Shown here: piece after piece, positions 34,528 to 47,800 of the stretch | How positions within the stretch are numbered: position 1 is the stretch's first letter | How the letters are laid out: the number at the start of each line of letters is the position of its first letter | NCBI GenBank assembly: GCA_964276515.1 | Contig: OZ193909.1 | Location: forward strand, 1,302,001 to 1,366,000 | Reading direction: 5' to 3' | DNA: 64,000 bases | DNA from: Gordius albopunctatus | Taxonomy: Eukaryota | Notes under the pieces: generated by a model | What the model was told of the DNA's origin: nothing | Seen by the model: the letters and a program-made list of their open reading frames with translations, nothing else | The model's database searches: none | Program-made: the position numbers and the translations under genes

Positions 34528-35886
34528 ATTTAGTCGTCGAAGCATAAATAGAGAACAAAGGTTTTTTTGTGTCTCTTTTTCTTTGTCGACCTCTACGCTG
34601 AGTTAAGATTTAAAGGAAACACCAAGTCGACCATGATCAGCCTTAGTTGACGAGGTGGAGCAAGGTCTTGGTCATTTTGGCGACACAACTTTCTGTGGTC
34701 GCCCCATTGGCATTTGCATTTAAATTAATAATCAACAAAAAATTAATTTTATTCATGAAGCAGCACTACAAAAAAATGTTATGACCAGGGAATAAATATT
34801 TTAGGAATTTTTCATTTTTACGTCATGATTCCGATCTAGATAGACTGCTCATGTCCCATATGATAAATTGTGCAAATTTTCCTCCATTTTGAAGACAACA
34901 ACTCGTGTATTTCAACCATGTCATTTTGCACTATAACGGTCAAATTATCTTCCTCACTTGTTTATAAATTTGAACGAACGTCAATAAATTAATATTATAC
35001 AAAATATAGATGACGCTAAATTATTAAACAAAATTTCATCCAATTTTTACATTTTTATGTATTTGTGTAAATGATATTTATTTTAGAAATGCTGTTTTTG
35101 ATATCTACCCAATTCAGTTTTTTTTATTTACTTTTTAAAGATTATTTAATTAACAAAAAATACAAATATTTATATAATCACTACTTTAGCATGCCAACAT
35201 CAAAATGGTGGGAAAAAGGGTGCACATTTTGTCCGCCGATGAGCAGTCTATCAAGTCTAGATGTCTCCCGAATAAGCTAAAACTTTTCACAAATTTTATC
35301 AAAATTTAAATGAGACGAAAAGGGGAGTTTATGCCCGATTGGACATATAAAAACGACACTCTGGTCTGGTTTTCAAATTTCGACTAAGCCAAGGAGTCGA
35401 TTAAGAAAAACAGAGACCAAAGGCACTCAAACAACACTGCTATTTAATAGTAATCATCATCATAGCCATCCTAATAAGGCATAATAAGCATAAATGTAGT
35501 TTATTTGTACACGAGATAAATGACAATCACAATTAAAAATTTAAATTCATGTATTGAGATGAAGTAGGCGCTGAACATGGTAAAGATAGATGGATGATAT
35601 GGTGGTGGTGGTTTAAGTAAGCGACTTTGGACTCACAACACTAATGAACTAGGGGGTACGTGTGGTGCCATAATTTAGAAATATCATTAAAATTCGATAA
35701 TTATAATTTAAGTAGGGCTATATATTTGGTGGCTATAGCCTCGAGCCGCGTTTTTTCCACAAGTTACAAAAAACATGGGTTTGCGGCAATTTCGTAAAAT
35801 TTTGAAAGCTTATGGTTGTAAAAGCGAAGGTAAAATAATTAAGGAAGGCATTACAAAAGCGCGTCATTTCAATGTTGAGTCAAAAA

Positions 35887-38800
35887 CTATTTTGGTGCAT
35901 CTCCTTTCCCAATTATAGTCTTGTGGTCTTCGGAGGGTTCCTCTTTCAAAAATTGACTAATTTTCTCCTGAAATAAATGGACCATAAATGTTATAGTTAC
36001 GAAAAGTTTAATGTAATAACAAATTTAGAGTAAATTAAATGAAAGTATATTTTAGCTTACGCCAGGTTCACACATTAAAGAGAAGGTTATATTTTTCATG
36101 TGCAGATGTGTAATCTTATGTTTGATAAATCGTACTTTTATCATGTAATATGTGTATTTGATTGGTATTTTTAGTGTGCGAATTAAAATGCCTTAGATGG
36201 TGTAAAGCATTTCATTTGCTGCAATCGAGTGGTTTATTGCCTTTCATAAATTATAAATGGTAAACTCTACACATAATACTTTGATGCATCAGTGTAATTA
36301 AATTAACTGTACAAACAAAACGGATAAACTGAACGTAAGGAAAAATTATTTGTCTTTCAGATGAGGAGACTGCTTCATTAGCTATTAAACAAATCGGTAA
36401 TTTCAACTGGCAATTTTCAGACAAAATTTAATAACTTTTATTTGTCGTTAAATATATCAATGCTTCTCTCAAACCTAGATTATAAATTTTTCCAATAACC
36501 TTGATTTAAATTTAGTAAGATTAATAAGGAATCACCATAAATATCGGCTAAAATCGTAGTAGAGTTACCTTTAATTCCGGATCTAAATCCTCGAATGGGA
36601 TGGGATAGCCTCGACCGTCGTCGTACAAAGTTTCTTCAAAAGTTTCCGTCTCTTCTTTCCCATCTTTGATTATAGTCCGACTTTTGGTGGATTTCATTAT
36701 TTTAAGCCTGAAAATAGAAAAATTAGTTGGGCGTTTTCACCCATGCAATTCGACAGGAGGTCCGAAATATTTATTACGTCGAGTAAATAGATTTATTTTA
36801 GTACTATTTTATTTGACAAATTATAACGTTTAGATATCTGCGCTTGAATTATAACTCTTTCAACGCGTTGCAAGTCCCTCTCGAATTTATATTATTTTAT
36901 AAATTTAATGACAAACCTTTTCCGTTCTCAACAGGAATTTTATTTAAAGAATCAAAAATGAAAAGAGAAATTACCTCTTTAAAACTGATTCCCCCTCACG
37001 CTCGTGCTGACTTTCCGAGTGTTGATGATCTTCGGATGTGTCTGCCGAATGAGTAATAAAAAATAAACTTATATACGCCTAAAAGTTAAAGCCACGATAA
37101 GGGCAATTATAAGCGCTGGGGGCTGTTTACATAGACACCAATTTCACGAAACCAGGACGAACGCGAAGCGAAAGCAAAATGGCGAGATAATATATATGTG
37201 TGTGTGTATCGTTGGTGTTGGTAAAACGGGGCTGCGTTTTGTTTGCTCGACCTTTCGTCTGTTTTTCAAATTTCGACCAAGCTTTGGGGTCGACAAAAAC
37301 CAAGGTCGACCCCCAAAGAAGCCAGCCGTTTTACCAAAACTACACAATGTGTATCATGTAGTACTGGATGAAGGTAACGTAGGAGTAGTTGTGAAAGATT
37401 TCAATTTAGAGGCGGCGGTGGACGACGATGATAGGTTAGAAGAATGAAAAGTGTTGCTGAGACTGGCTGTGGTAGCAATAGTGGTATCCTGATTCAGGGT
37501 TTCGGGCGGAGGGGAGCAAGCAAAAAAATGTCTATCTTCGGTCAAAAAAATTGGTTCACCCGCGGTCGTTGCGGGAACAGCTGATAGGGTACCAGCCATC
37601 GCCTCGGCTTTAGGTTCGTCTTGAGGAAGAGGCAATGCACCGGTTATAATGTCGGGTCCGGGCTGAGATGATAATTTTCTCTTGCGGACCGGCAGGTCGT
37701 GGCCCGTAAAAATTCGCGTTACCGGGGCGTAAGGTTCGTTGGCGAATATACTAGGAGCCGCCGCGTGATTTGAATCGTGAGAGCCGTAAACCCAAGGCAA
37801 CAGTCGCTGCTGTTCCCCACCACTACTCTCCACGACCGACGAGCGAGCTGTGGTCGTGGTGGAAGAAGATGGGTCCGCTGGTTTGGAACGAGCTCGACCG
37901 TTGCTGGAAGAAAGTGTTGAGGGCGGAGCCGACGGAATTTTAGAAGACTTGACTGGCGTTTGCGAGACTACGACCTTGCTACTACTAGTACTACTCATCT
38001 TTTTACCGAGCGTCGTTTTTTGTTCGCTCAACACAATTTGCTGTTGCTTACTCGAAGACGACGACTTGCCATGGCTTCGCGTTTGACCCGTAGTTGTTGT
38101 GGATACAGTTTTACCAACTACCACGTGATTCGCCGATGATAAAGTTTTTTTGGAGTTAGAAAAGTTGTCGCGCGAACGTAATCGCCCCTTTTCCGCCACG
38201 TGACTTTCGGATGAGGATTCTTCCGTTACCACCTTGTTAGACCGTTTAGGTATGCCGGTGTGTGTCAATCTTTTAGTGGACTCTTTGGGGGGCGAAGGTT
38301 TTTGTTTGGCGTTGAAAACGCTTTTAGCGGTGGTGACGGAAAAAGCAGTTTTAGGGCCGGTAAATGGCTTAGATTGACGATGGGGGGACATTCGCTGCTT
38401 GCGTACCGATCTAGAAGTTTTGGGAGAAGGAAACTTGGATGGCCTTGCAGGCGAAGAATACAATTTCGCATTCAACGATGTAAGGGAAGAAAGCATCTTT
38501 TTCCTTTCTCCTCCCTTGCCCGAATCGTTGCTGCCCTGAAAAAGGGTGTCGTCGTTTAAACTTTTAGCATTTCTCCCCGTTGCACCTTCGATATCCAAAT
38601 CGTCCATTGATCTTCTCTCCAAATTTGAATTGATTAAATCGTATTCGGTGACGAACGCCTCAACCTTTTTGGACGTAGATTCGATAATGGCTTCTAATGA
38701 TTCACAATCCATCACCGGGGGACTGATAATCGTTATATCACTTTGATCCATGGATTTCGTTTGAATTACGGGCTCCGGTTTACTCAGCCACACGAAATCA

Positions 38801-41800
38801 TCTTTTTCGTAGGAGCTAGAACCTCCAGAATCTGTATGATCTGTCGAGTAAGCCGACAATCTCATTTCCTCGTTCGTTTCCTCACAACCTGTCTCAGTAA
38901 CCTCGACCAGAGGTGAAACACTGGGAGGCGTATCGCTGTTTCCCCCCTGAGCCATTATGATGGACTCCAACTCCCGGAACCGCTGCAACGATATGTCGTC
39001 CCCGTTACTACTATTAACGAAAGTTTTAGTGGTCGTGGCAGGCGAGATAGGTACTACGACAGGTACAACCTCCTCTATTTTCTTATCTCCTTCACCATCA
39101 CTTAAAGGGTTTTCGCGATTGGACGGAGTATCCCCGACCAAATCGGTGGCTGCGACAGGTAGGATTCGAAATCCAGCTAGTGGGGTAGCTTCTCGGTCCT
39201 CTTCGTAGGTGGAGGCTGAGGCTTTGCAGTCGTCCATGGTAAGGATGGGAGGAAGGGGGGAAGATGGTCGGCGTTCGCCGAAGCTACTCGATTCGCGATA
39301 GCCGGTTCGAGACATGGGCCTCGTTATTAACATTTGTTGCCTAGGCGTGGCTTGATTATCCCTCAGGCGATCGCTACCACTACTCTCCTCTTCCCAAGAC
39401 GAAAGTATATCTAGCGAGCCTTCCATCCCTTCTTCAACGAACGATTCGTCCTCGTTGGAATAATAATTATCGAAGGCGGATGACGTTTCTTCGTCCTGTG
39501 AAGCGGTACCCGAAGTGGGTCCGTAACTGTACAAATTATCGCTCACCGTGGGCGGCAAACGAGTTGTCGTCGTGGTAGTAGTCGTGACATTTCCCTCCCT
39601 ATTACTTTGAGGTGGTGGTAGGTAAGGAGCCTTTTCTTCCGGCAAGCTAGGCATCGGAGAGGCCCGAGCCGTAGTGCTGCAACTCAAGGCGTCTTCTTGG
39701 GATAAGGGACCCCCACCACCGCTCACGCAGGTGTAGAACGATGAAGTGTCCCCTCCACCGGTTAAGCCACCGCTAACGGCCGACGCAAAATCTCTGGTGC
39801 GTACGCTATCTGCCGTCTCGTAGTCGCCAGTTTCGTCGCACGCCAAAGAATCGTCGTTATTTTTGCGAAGGAAATCGAAGGATTCGCCGCCTGACGAATC
39901 GTTGTTGGAAGATGTTAGGGAAGTTATGAGTAACTGCGACGTGGCTAGATGTAGGGGAGCGGGTTGATCCGTACCAATTTCCTTGGGCGTTATGGCGGAG
40001 GGAGAGCCCACGTCGCTACTATCCATGGCAGCGTCGTGGGTTATGGGTGATTTGAGCGCTACAATATCATCCTTCTTAACGTCGCTAAGTATCGGCGTTT
40101 GGAGGTCTATTAATTTTCTATTTTCGGGCATCGAGAAGTTTTGCCCCTCTTATCACCAAAAAGGCAAAATAATTAGCAGCGTCATTATCAAGTTTCCAAA
40201 GACAACGGTACATGCTTCTCCAATTGCTCGCGAAACGACACGTCATGCGTCGATTTTCGGTGCAGCCTAGAGTAGTAATACGCTCACGATTGGTTTTACC
40301 ATGCTTCATATTTACAACGACCTTTCGCCCTGGGCACGGCTTTATTAATAACGGCAACTTCAAGCAGGCAGGCAGGCAGACAGAGAGCCAGCCAGTCAGC
40401 AAGCAGGCGCTTCAGCTATGACGCAGTAATTGTTACGTTCTGTCGATGTGATAGCAATGAGTCGGGAAATTTAGAAATCAGACTAAAGATAGGTGATTGG
40501 ATTGAGAGAAATAAAGGAAAACTATTTATTATTACTAAATTTTGAGTTTATTTTGCTTAGATTTCCCTTCGTTCTACACGATAAAACTTGACAAACGATA
40601 GAGTTATTGATGGGAAATGAAGGTTTAGAACACGAATACCGTCAGGTCGCTACGCAAAGCTGGCTCACATTTATCATGCGAAAGCGTACAATCCACACAC
40701 GACATCGAATATAAGACATATTATAAAGCATATAAAGATGGAAATACGTGATTTAATATGGGCAAAATAAAACAAATTAAGCATATTTTATAACTCAAAA
40801 TCATACGAAAGATTAATTTCTAATCATCTGGACACATAGAAAAAAGTCATAAGAGCCTTGCAAATTATGGCCTAAAACTTAAAAATTATATTAAACATCA
40901 ACCTTTATATTTATTTAAGCCAGTTGCTACATATACTGTAAAAATATAAAAACATGCATATTATTTTAAAAAATATGGCGTAAAAGGTTAAAAATATTTG
41001 TATATTGTCAGTAAATGGCGCTCACGACATATAGCTCTCTCTACAATCACTCAACACCGCACGAATGATTCGATTAGATGCAATCGGCATTTGATACGAG
41101 CACGACAAATCTACCGTGCTACAATTGTACACTGGACTTTAGGTTTTGTGACTAGAAAGGAGGTTGGAAGCGACGTATATCAACGCGGACAACGGACACG
41201 TACGTACACCACTGTAAGCCTCTACACCCCACGATGATATAATACCTCGGGAGAGGGGTGTTGTCGGAGTGTTGAGGGCCGATCTCGTTAAATATCGTCT
41301 TTTGCACTCTTCGTCCGGCGAATAATCCAAAGTTTCCAAGGCCCGAGCCATCGCCGTTCCACTTAAATACCTACCGAATTTTTCCACGTTTGGCCCGGGG
41401 TGGGCAGATGTCAAAGGAGAACGTTCGAGGTCAGAGCCTTCGATTTGCTCCCAAGCAGTTAAATTAATGTTTGTGTCATCACTATCGTAATCGGTTTCGC
41501 GCCTGTCGTGACCCGCGTACAGTTTAAGTGAAGCGGCACTCTTAGGTGGTACAGAAGAAGTCGTAGTAGTGGAGTAGCGGGTTACTAGACGCTCGCTTAG
41601 CTTCTCGCGGGAGCTTTTGAGTTGCGCAGTGTCGTGCTCTTCCACAACTTCCAACGCTTTATTCAAAGCCTCCCGACTCACCCGCTGTACGATTTGACTT
41701 AGGGTGGAAGAAGCGGCACCGTCATTATCCAAATCCCAACTGCCTCCACTACCACCATTACTACTAATAACGCTTCTAGACCCCGGTGAAGAGACGTTGG

Positions 41801-44800
41801 AGGGCGGCGGAGAAGCTAGAACGCTATCAAAAAATTTAGGCCCAAAATTGAGGGGCTGAGGTGGAAACGCGTCTAAATCGAGCGGCTCCGGCGGACTTGG
41901 AGAAGGGAATTTAGAGTCGTAAGCGCCGTCCGAGAGGCTGGGCTTGGGACGGGACAGAGAATTCAGCAAGGTACTGGCGTCTTTGAACGCTAAATCGGCC
42001 AAAAATTTGACTGCTGGAGTGGTGTCAATTTTTCCCGAGGTGAAAGAGCCGGGAGATGATGAGCCAGAAGGCGAAGGAGTTTTGCTTAAAAACCACTCGT
42101 CCGTTTCTTTGGCAAAAAATTCGGGGGCAAAAATTTGAGGTTGTGGAGGGTAAGCGTCTAAATAGAATGTGGGGAGGGCGTAAATTTGAGGTGAGGCGCT
42201 TTTGGATGGCCCCCTCTCTTCAATTTCTACGGATGTTTGTGCTGGTATAACAGCCTTCGATACCACTTCCTCCTCAATCTTGACAGAAATCCGGTCTGAT
42301 GACGGGGTTTTATAAATTATCTTTTCTCTTTCACTTGATTCAATCGGCAAGGCCGAACGTGGAATATCTTTCTCAACCTCCTCGGCTGAGGCAATGAATG
42401 GTGCCGGACTCTTTAGGATCCCCTTGATGGGTGAGAAGACTTGTTGCGCCGAACTAACCATTTTTATCGTCTCCCTTTCCATTGTAGTTATATGGGAAAC
42501 CGAATCGTTGGAAGTTTCTTTTTCCCCCATAAAAACCGATTTCATTTGTGGTGCGGAACATTTTAAAAGAATTTCTTCCTTCAAGGTTACGTCCTCAAGT
42601 TCGACTGGTAGACTTCGTTGAACCAAGCTTTTCTCGCTTTTTGTGTCACTTTCAAGTGGAAGAGGGCCCGAGTCGAAAGAATCTTTTCTAGCGCCCGATA
42701 TCATGCCTTCTTTATACATTTCATCAACTTTCGCATCTTTTTCTTGGTGATGAGAATCAACGATTAATTCGTCTTCTTCCCCTCGGTCGCAAGGGAGAGT
42801 GGCACCGAACCCGCTTTCCAGCATATCTATAACCTCGAGCGCTCGTTCTTCAAAAATATCAACTACGCCGCGCCCGATAGAGTTTTCCAAGGTGGTGTAG
42901 GTTGGGTTTACGGGTTGCCCTCCAGTTTTATGAACTTCCGAATTGTCCCTACGCCCAACCAGGCTCAACAAGTCGGCTTTGCTAAGGATTCGATTGCCCA
43001 CATCCTCACGAAAACGGACGGTGTAATTGCCGACGATGAAATACTTAATTTCTTCGGCCAATTCCTCTACGAAACCCCGATCCAGCAGAATGCAGTCTAC
43101 GACGGCCGCATCAACCGTTGTCGAGACGCTACGGTCTATGGGTTCCAAAAAGTGGGATTTAAATTTATGGGGAACTGCCCTAAGGATTCGATCTAGGCTC
43201 CAATAAATTTGCCCGTTCAAACGGTCCTGCAAATTTTGCGGTTCCAGCGGGTCGGTCGTTTCGAAATTTATAACGTCGCAACTTTCGGTCGACAGCTGAT
43301 CGGCCAGGTCTCGGGGGAATGGATCCGACATCAATAAATCTAGTTTGTGTTGGTATTTGGACAGGACCGGGCTCAATGGTTCATCTTCTACCACCGGCTC
43401 GACTCGCGTCGGGGTAGTTGGTAAATCTTTATTAGCCTCTCCTAGACACAATGATGATTCCTGGGCGTGAATCTTAGGTTTAGGACTTTCACTCAGCCTG
43501 TCTTCCTCTTTTTGGTAATAAGCCATGCCTGAGGCTGCCGAAAGTGGGCGGCTAGTGGTTGAAAATGAGGAGCCCGGTCGTGACCCGGCTTTCGAACCGC
43601 CCCGCTGGCTTTCCTCATCTTCGGGTTCCGACGATTCGTGAATTAATTTCACGTGGTAGTGCTGCGCCGTTTTCTCCAATTCGACCTCGGTCGGAGTTAA
43701 TCGACGCCGGTCAACTAATATTTCGCCGGTCGGAGTTTTACGTGTAATAACTTCCTCTTCTTCGTACCTTATAATGCGTTCGTTCTCACTTTCCGTAGGT
43801 GAAACGGATCCCGGCGGACTTTGAAAGATGTCATCTTCCACGGCATCCGACGATACTATATCGTGGTTTACTTTTTCAGGAAATAATTCTTCTTTGTGAG
43901 GTGGCGGAGTGGGGGGTGCTTCCTCTTGACCAAAAAGTGATTTGTAAATTTTACTCGTGGTTTGGTGAAAGAAAGAAGTCGCTTTTTCGGTCGTGCTTTC
44001 CACACTCTTAACAGCTGCTGGCGCCGTCGGCGACGAATTGTCGATTTGCGGCGAAATTTTTTGCGGCGAGTAGTCGCCAGATGGTTGTCCGTGTGGCACA
44101 TCATCGGATGGCTCTCCGTCTAGAATGACCCATTCGTCACCGGATTCTTGCGAAGCTTCGTCCTTAGCCTTATCAGTTACCCTGGAATGCTTGAATCTCA
44201 AATCTTCCTCATCGCTTACAATTTTTGTTGATTTAGCCTTTTCATCTCCGCCCGCCACTTCGTAATGGGTAGTAGTGACATGCTTAATCGGACTCTGACT
44301 TTTGACGAGACTTTGGGGCTTTGTGACCATACTTGCTACTCCCACCTCTGTGAAACGATCTAAACCCTTCGGTTCAGCCTCTTCGATAATCTCTCTCACA
44401 TCTTTGCTACTTTTATCCACGGGAGTTTGACTCGCGAAATGATCATAACTTTTCACGGGGTTCGGAGTCGATTTTGTCATGATGGAAGAAAGCCCAAATT
44501 CGGGGGCACCGCTTTCTTCTTGATAACTCCTCCTAACGTCAACTTTTGGCGGCCCGGGCGTTGGTTGCGCCGAGGCGTGGCCGACCCTCAACGGTCTAAC
44601 CGTCGATGAATTTCGTTGCTCAATTTCTTTGATTTTTTCTCTTACCGAAAGCTGTTGATAAGTTTCCTCTTCTTCCTCCGCTCCTTCCGTGCGTGTCTTA
44701 ATGGGCGAGCGCTCTTCACTTTCGCGAATTTCTGAAAAATAGGATTCTTCGTGCGAGAAGCTATCTCGCTTCGTGATCAAAATGCGCGTAGGATAAGGGG

Positions 44801-47800
44801 TAAACTCCTCTTCTCTCAATATAACAGTCACGTCACTTCCTCTATCTGAAATACGTCCCCAAAGATGAGGGCGAAAAAATAAGTTTTTATTGAACCTATC
44901 AAAGTAAGACACGCAGATGATCACAAGGCACAACGATACGGACGACAAGCAACACGTAGTACATTCATATAATATGAAGATTCCCCCTTTTTTAACATAA
45001 TATACTCTACATTTTTAAAAATACCTCGAATAAAATATGGTCATACATGTATTAATATAAACATTTAAGTACGCTTAAGGGGAAAGTTTTTGCAATGATA
45101 CCTGAGGGCGTTGCGGCATGGAAGTGGGAGGATTTGAGAACGGTTCCAGTGTGATCTTCGTGGTTGAGAGTCGTAGGTTCGGGATTTTCATCTTCGATTT
45201 GGGGTTTAAGCTGCAGCCTGGATTGGATGTCTTCGCTCAATGTTTTGATATCTTTAAAAACATAACGTTTATGAACAAATAAACACATTTTTCAGCATTT
45301 TGTATACAGGCGACAGGATGTGAATAAAGTTTGTATAAAGTTATTAAGCTAGGACAATCTTACCATGGGGTGAGTCTAATGCTGTAAAAGGAGCTTGGCC
45401 TTTCTTTGGTTCAGGGCTAGATCGCGGGGTCTTTGGTTCTAAATTTGAGAAGTATTAAAATTAAGTTTCGTGTAAAAAAAAAAGAACACCCTTTTTAACA
45501 TTTTTTAACATGCAAAAATGTGTTATTGGCATAATATTGTAATTGGTGAAATGTACCTTCGGGTTCAACAATTATTTCTTGAGTGGGAACGGGCCCTTGA
45601 GATTTTTTGTCGTGGGATACTATGGTAGTTTCGGTGACTAATGTTTTCCCCAAATCATCCGAATCTAAAATAAATTACAGCGATATGAAAGTTCAGAAGG
45701 GGGGGGGATAGCATTAAAATAGACATTAATGTGGTAGATGTGGGAAAAAGATTGTAGCAACAAATGCGTTAAGGGATGGTAAATTTGAATGAAGAATAAG
45801 ATGAGCTTTTAGATGTATTAATACAGGAGAAAAAGAATTGGAAAACAAAGACCAAACTAATTGATATAGAAGTCGAAAAAATGAGACTTGAAGGCATGGG
45901 CGAAGCCAGAATTGTGATTAGAGGGGGGGGCAATAATGATTTAGAGAAGGGCAAAATGTTCATTTTTGAAAATTTTAATAAATTTCAACAAATTTTTCGA
46001 TTTAGAGGGTGGCAGCAATCCCTCCTTAGCCTCCCCCCCCGGCTACGACCATGCTTGAAGAAGTTTAAAGAAATAATAGATGGATTGGATGAGGGGAAAC
46101 TTGGAATTAGGAAGTGGTAGACAAAATCAAAGAAAATGGGACTATGTGTGGAGGTTGAGGTTTAACCTTGGGTAGGAGTTTCCCCAGTAAGATCCGCTAT
46201 GTTGGGGACGCTGTCGGTATCTTTCAGGACTTGCCCAAGCATTTCAACTTTTTCATCTTCGGACAGCCGAATGATGTCGGATGGTTTGGGGATTTTAGAG
46301 GGTAGCTTAGTGACTTGCACGTTGGGTTCGTTCACTTTAACCGCCCCGCTGGCTTCGTAATCGACGGGTTCGCGTCTGGGTCTGGGCGATTTATCCAGCG
46401 GCAACGCTCTCGTCAACTCGACCGGCTCCTGGTCCGGAGCCGAGGCGGGACTAAGGTCGGAGGAGGGTGACGGAGTAGAGCCAATCATTTTTTTAAACGA
46501 TTTTACGATCGAAGACGAGCGATGTTTTTTCCCATCTTCGCCTCCACTGGTTTCGTCCGTGGTAGGGCTGCTTTCTTTCTTTGAACCGAGTTCGACCATA
46601 GCCTTCGTGATAGATTTTCGCGTGGCCGCTAAAATTTTGCCAGGCCCGCTCACCCTTTTATGCTGCTGTTGATGACTAGAAGGTTCTTGTTGCGGTTCGA
46701 TAGGTGAAGCACTACCCCCCATCTTAGCTTTGATTTCGTCAAGCGAGCGTTGAACAGAGTGGGAAGCCGCTTCTTCGATCTTCGTAATGTCCCGTTCCAT
46801 ATCCGAAGCCAACTCGCGACGCGCTGCCTCAGTTTTATCCAAAATATTTTCCGCTTTTCGCTGGACTTCGCTCAGCGGGCCGGCTGCCTTTTCCCTTTCC
46901 CTCTCGCTTAATAGGTTTAGGTGCGTCTCGGGAACGCGGGTTTCGAAGTCTGGTTCTTTGCTTTGGCCGTGGGCCGGTTTAATGTTAAGCTTTTCGCCCA
47001 CGTTTTCCAACGATTTGCGCAGCGAGTGTTTAGCCTTATCAAAAGCCCCGTTTTTAGTTTTCCCCGCTTGATCACTGCTGGCTTGATGAATTTTTTCTTC
47101 TAAAGTAACTATCGCCTTGTCGATATTCTCCGTTAGGGTATGCCCCACTTGACTAACGGCGTGGGCGGTTTTGTCGAAAAATCCCAAACTTTGGCCTTCC
47201 GGGGCCGACTCGGTGATGGGCGAGGAGGCGCTAACGTGTGGATGCATGATGGGGGTATCGTGGGAAAATTTTACCTTATCCTCGGGAAAATTAGGTGCCC
47301 CTCGGTCGTGGCCCGACGGCGAGATGTGAAATTTTTCGGCCAAATTTTCGATAGAACTCCGCACGGCTCGAGCCTTCTCTTTGCCTCGGCTCTCTACCCC
47401 TTCCACCGCCTGTTTAATGTCGTGTCCGGCTTGTGTCATGAGGTGCTTAGCCTCCCCCAATATACCTCCACTACCAAGGTGGCTTTCAGTCGAGTGCGGC
47501 ATATCAAATCGCCCATCTATTCGGGGCGAATTTAGATCCTCTTTCACTAGCTCTCCCTTTTCTTTATCTAATATCTCCTGGCTTGAGGTGGCTGGTTGGG
47601 CTTGCGGCTCTTGTTGCAGATAGGTCGCGTCGTGGTGAAGCAAACCCGGTACGAAGCCGCTCAATTCATCCTCAACGCTATCGACCATTTTGTGAATCGA
47701 AGTTGACACTTTCTCCAGCCCCAGCCCAACCGCTGGTTTAAGGCCTTCGGTATCAACCTCCTTGTGCGCCGCCGGCTGCTTTATTTTATGTCCTAGTTCG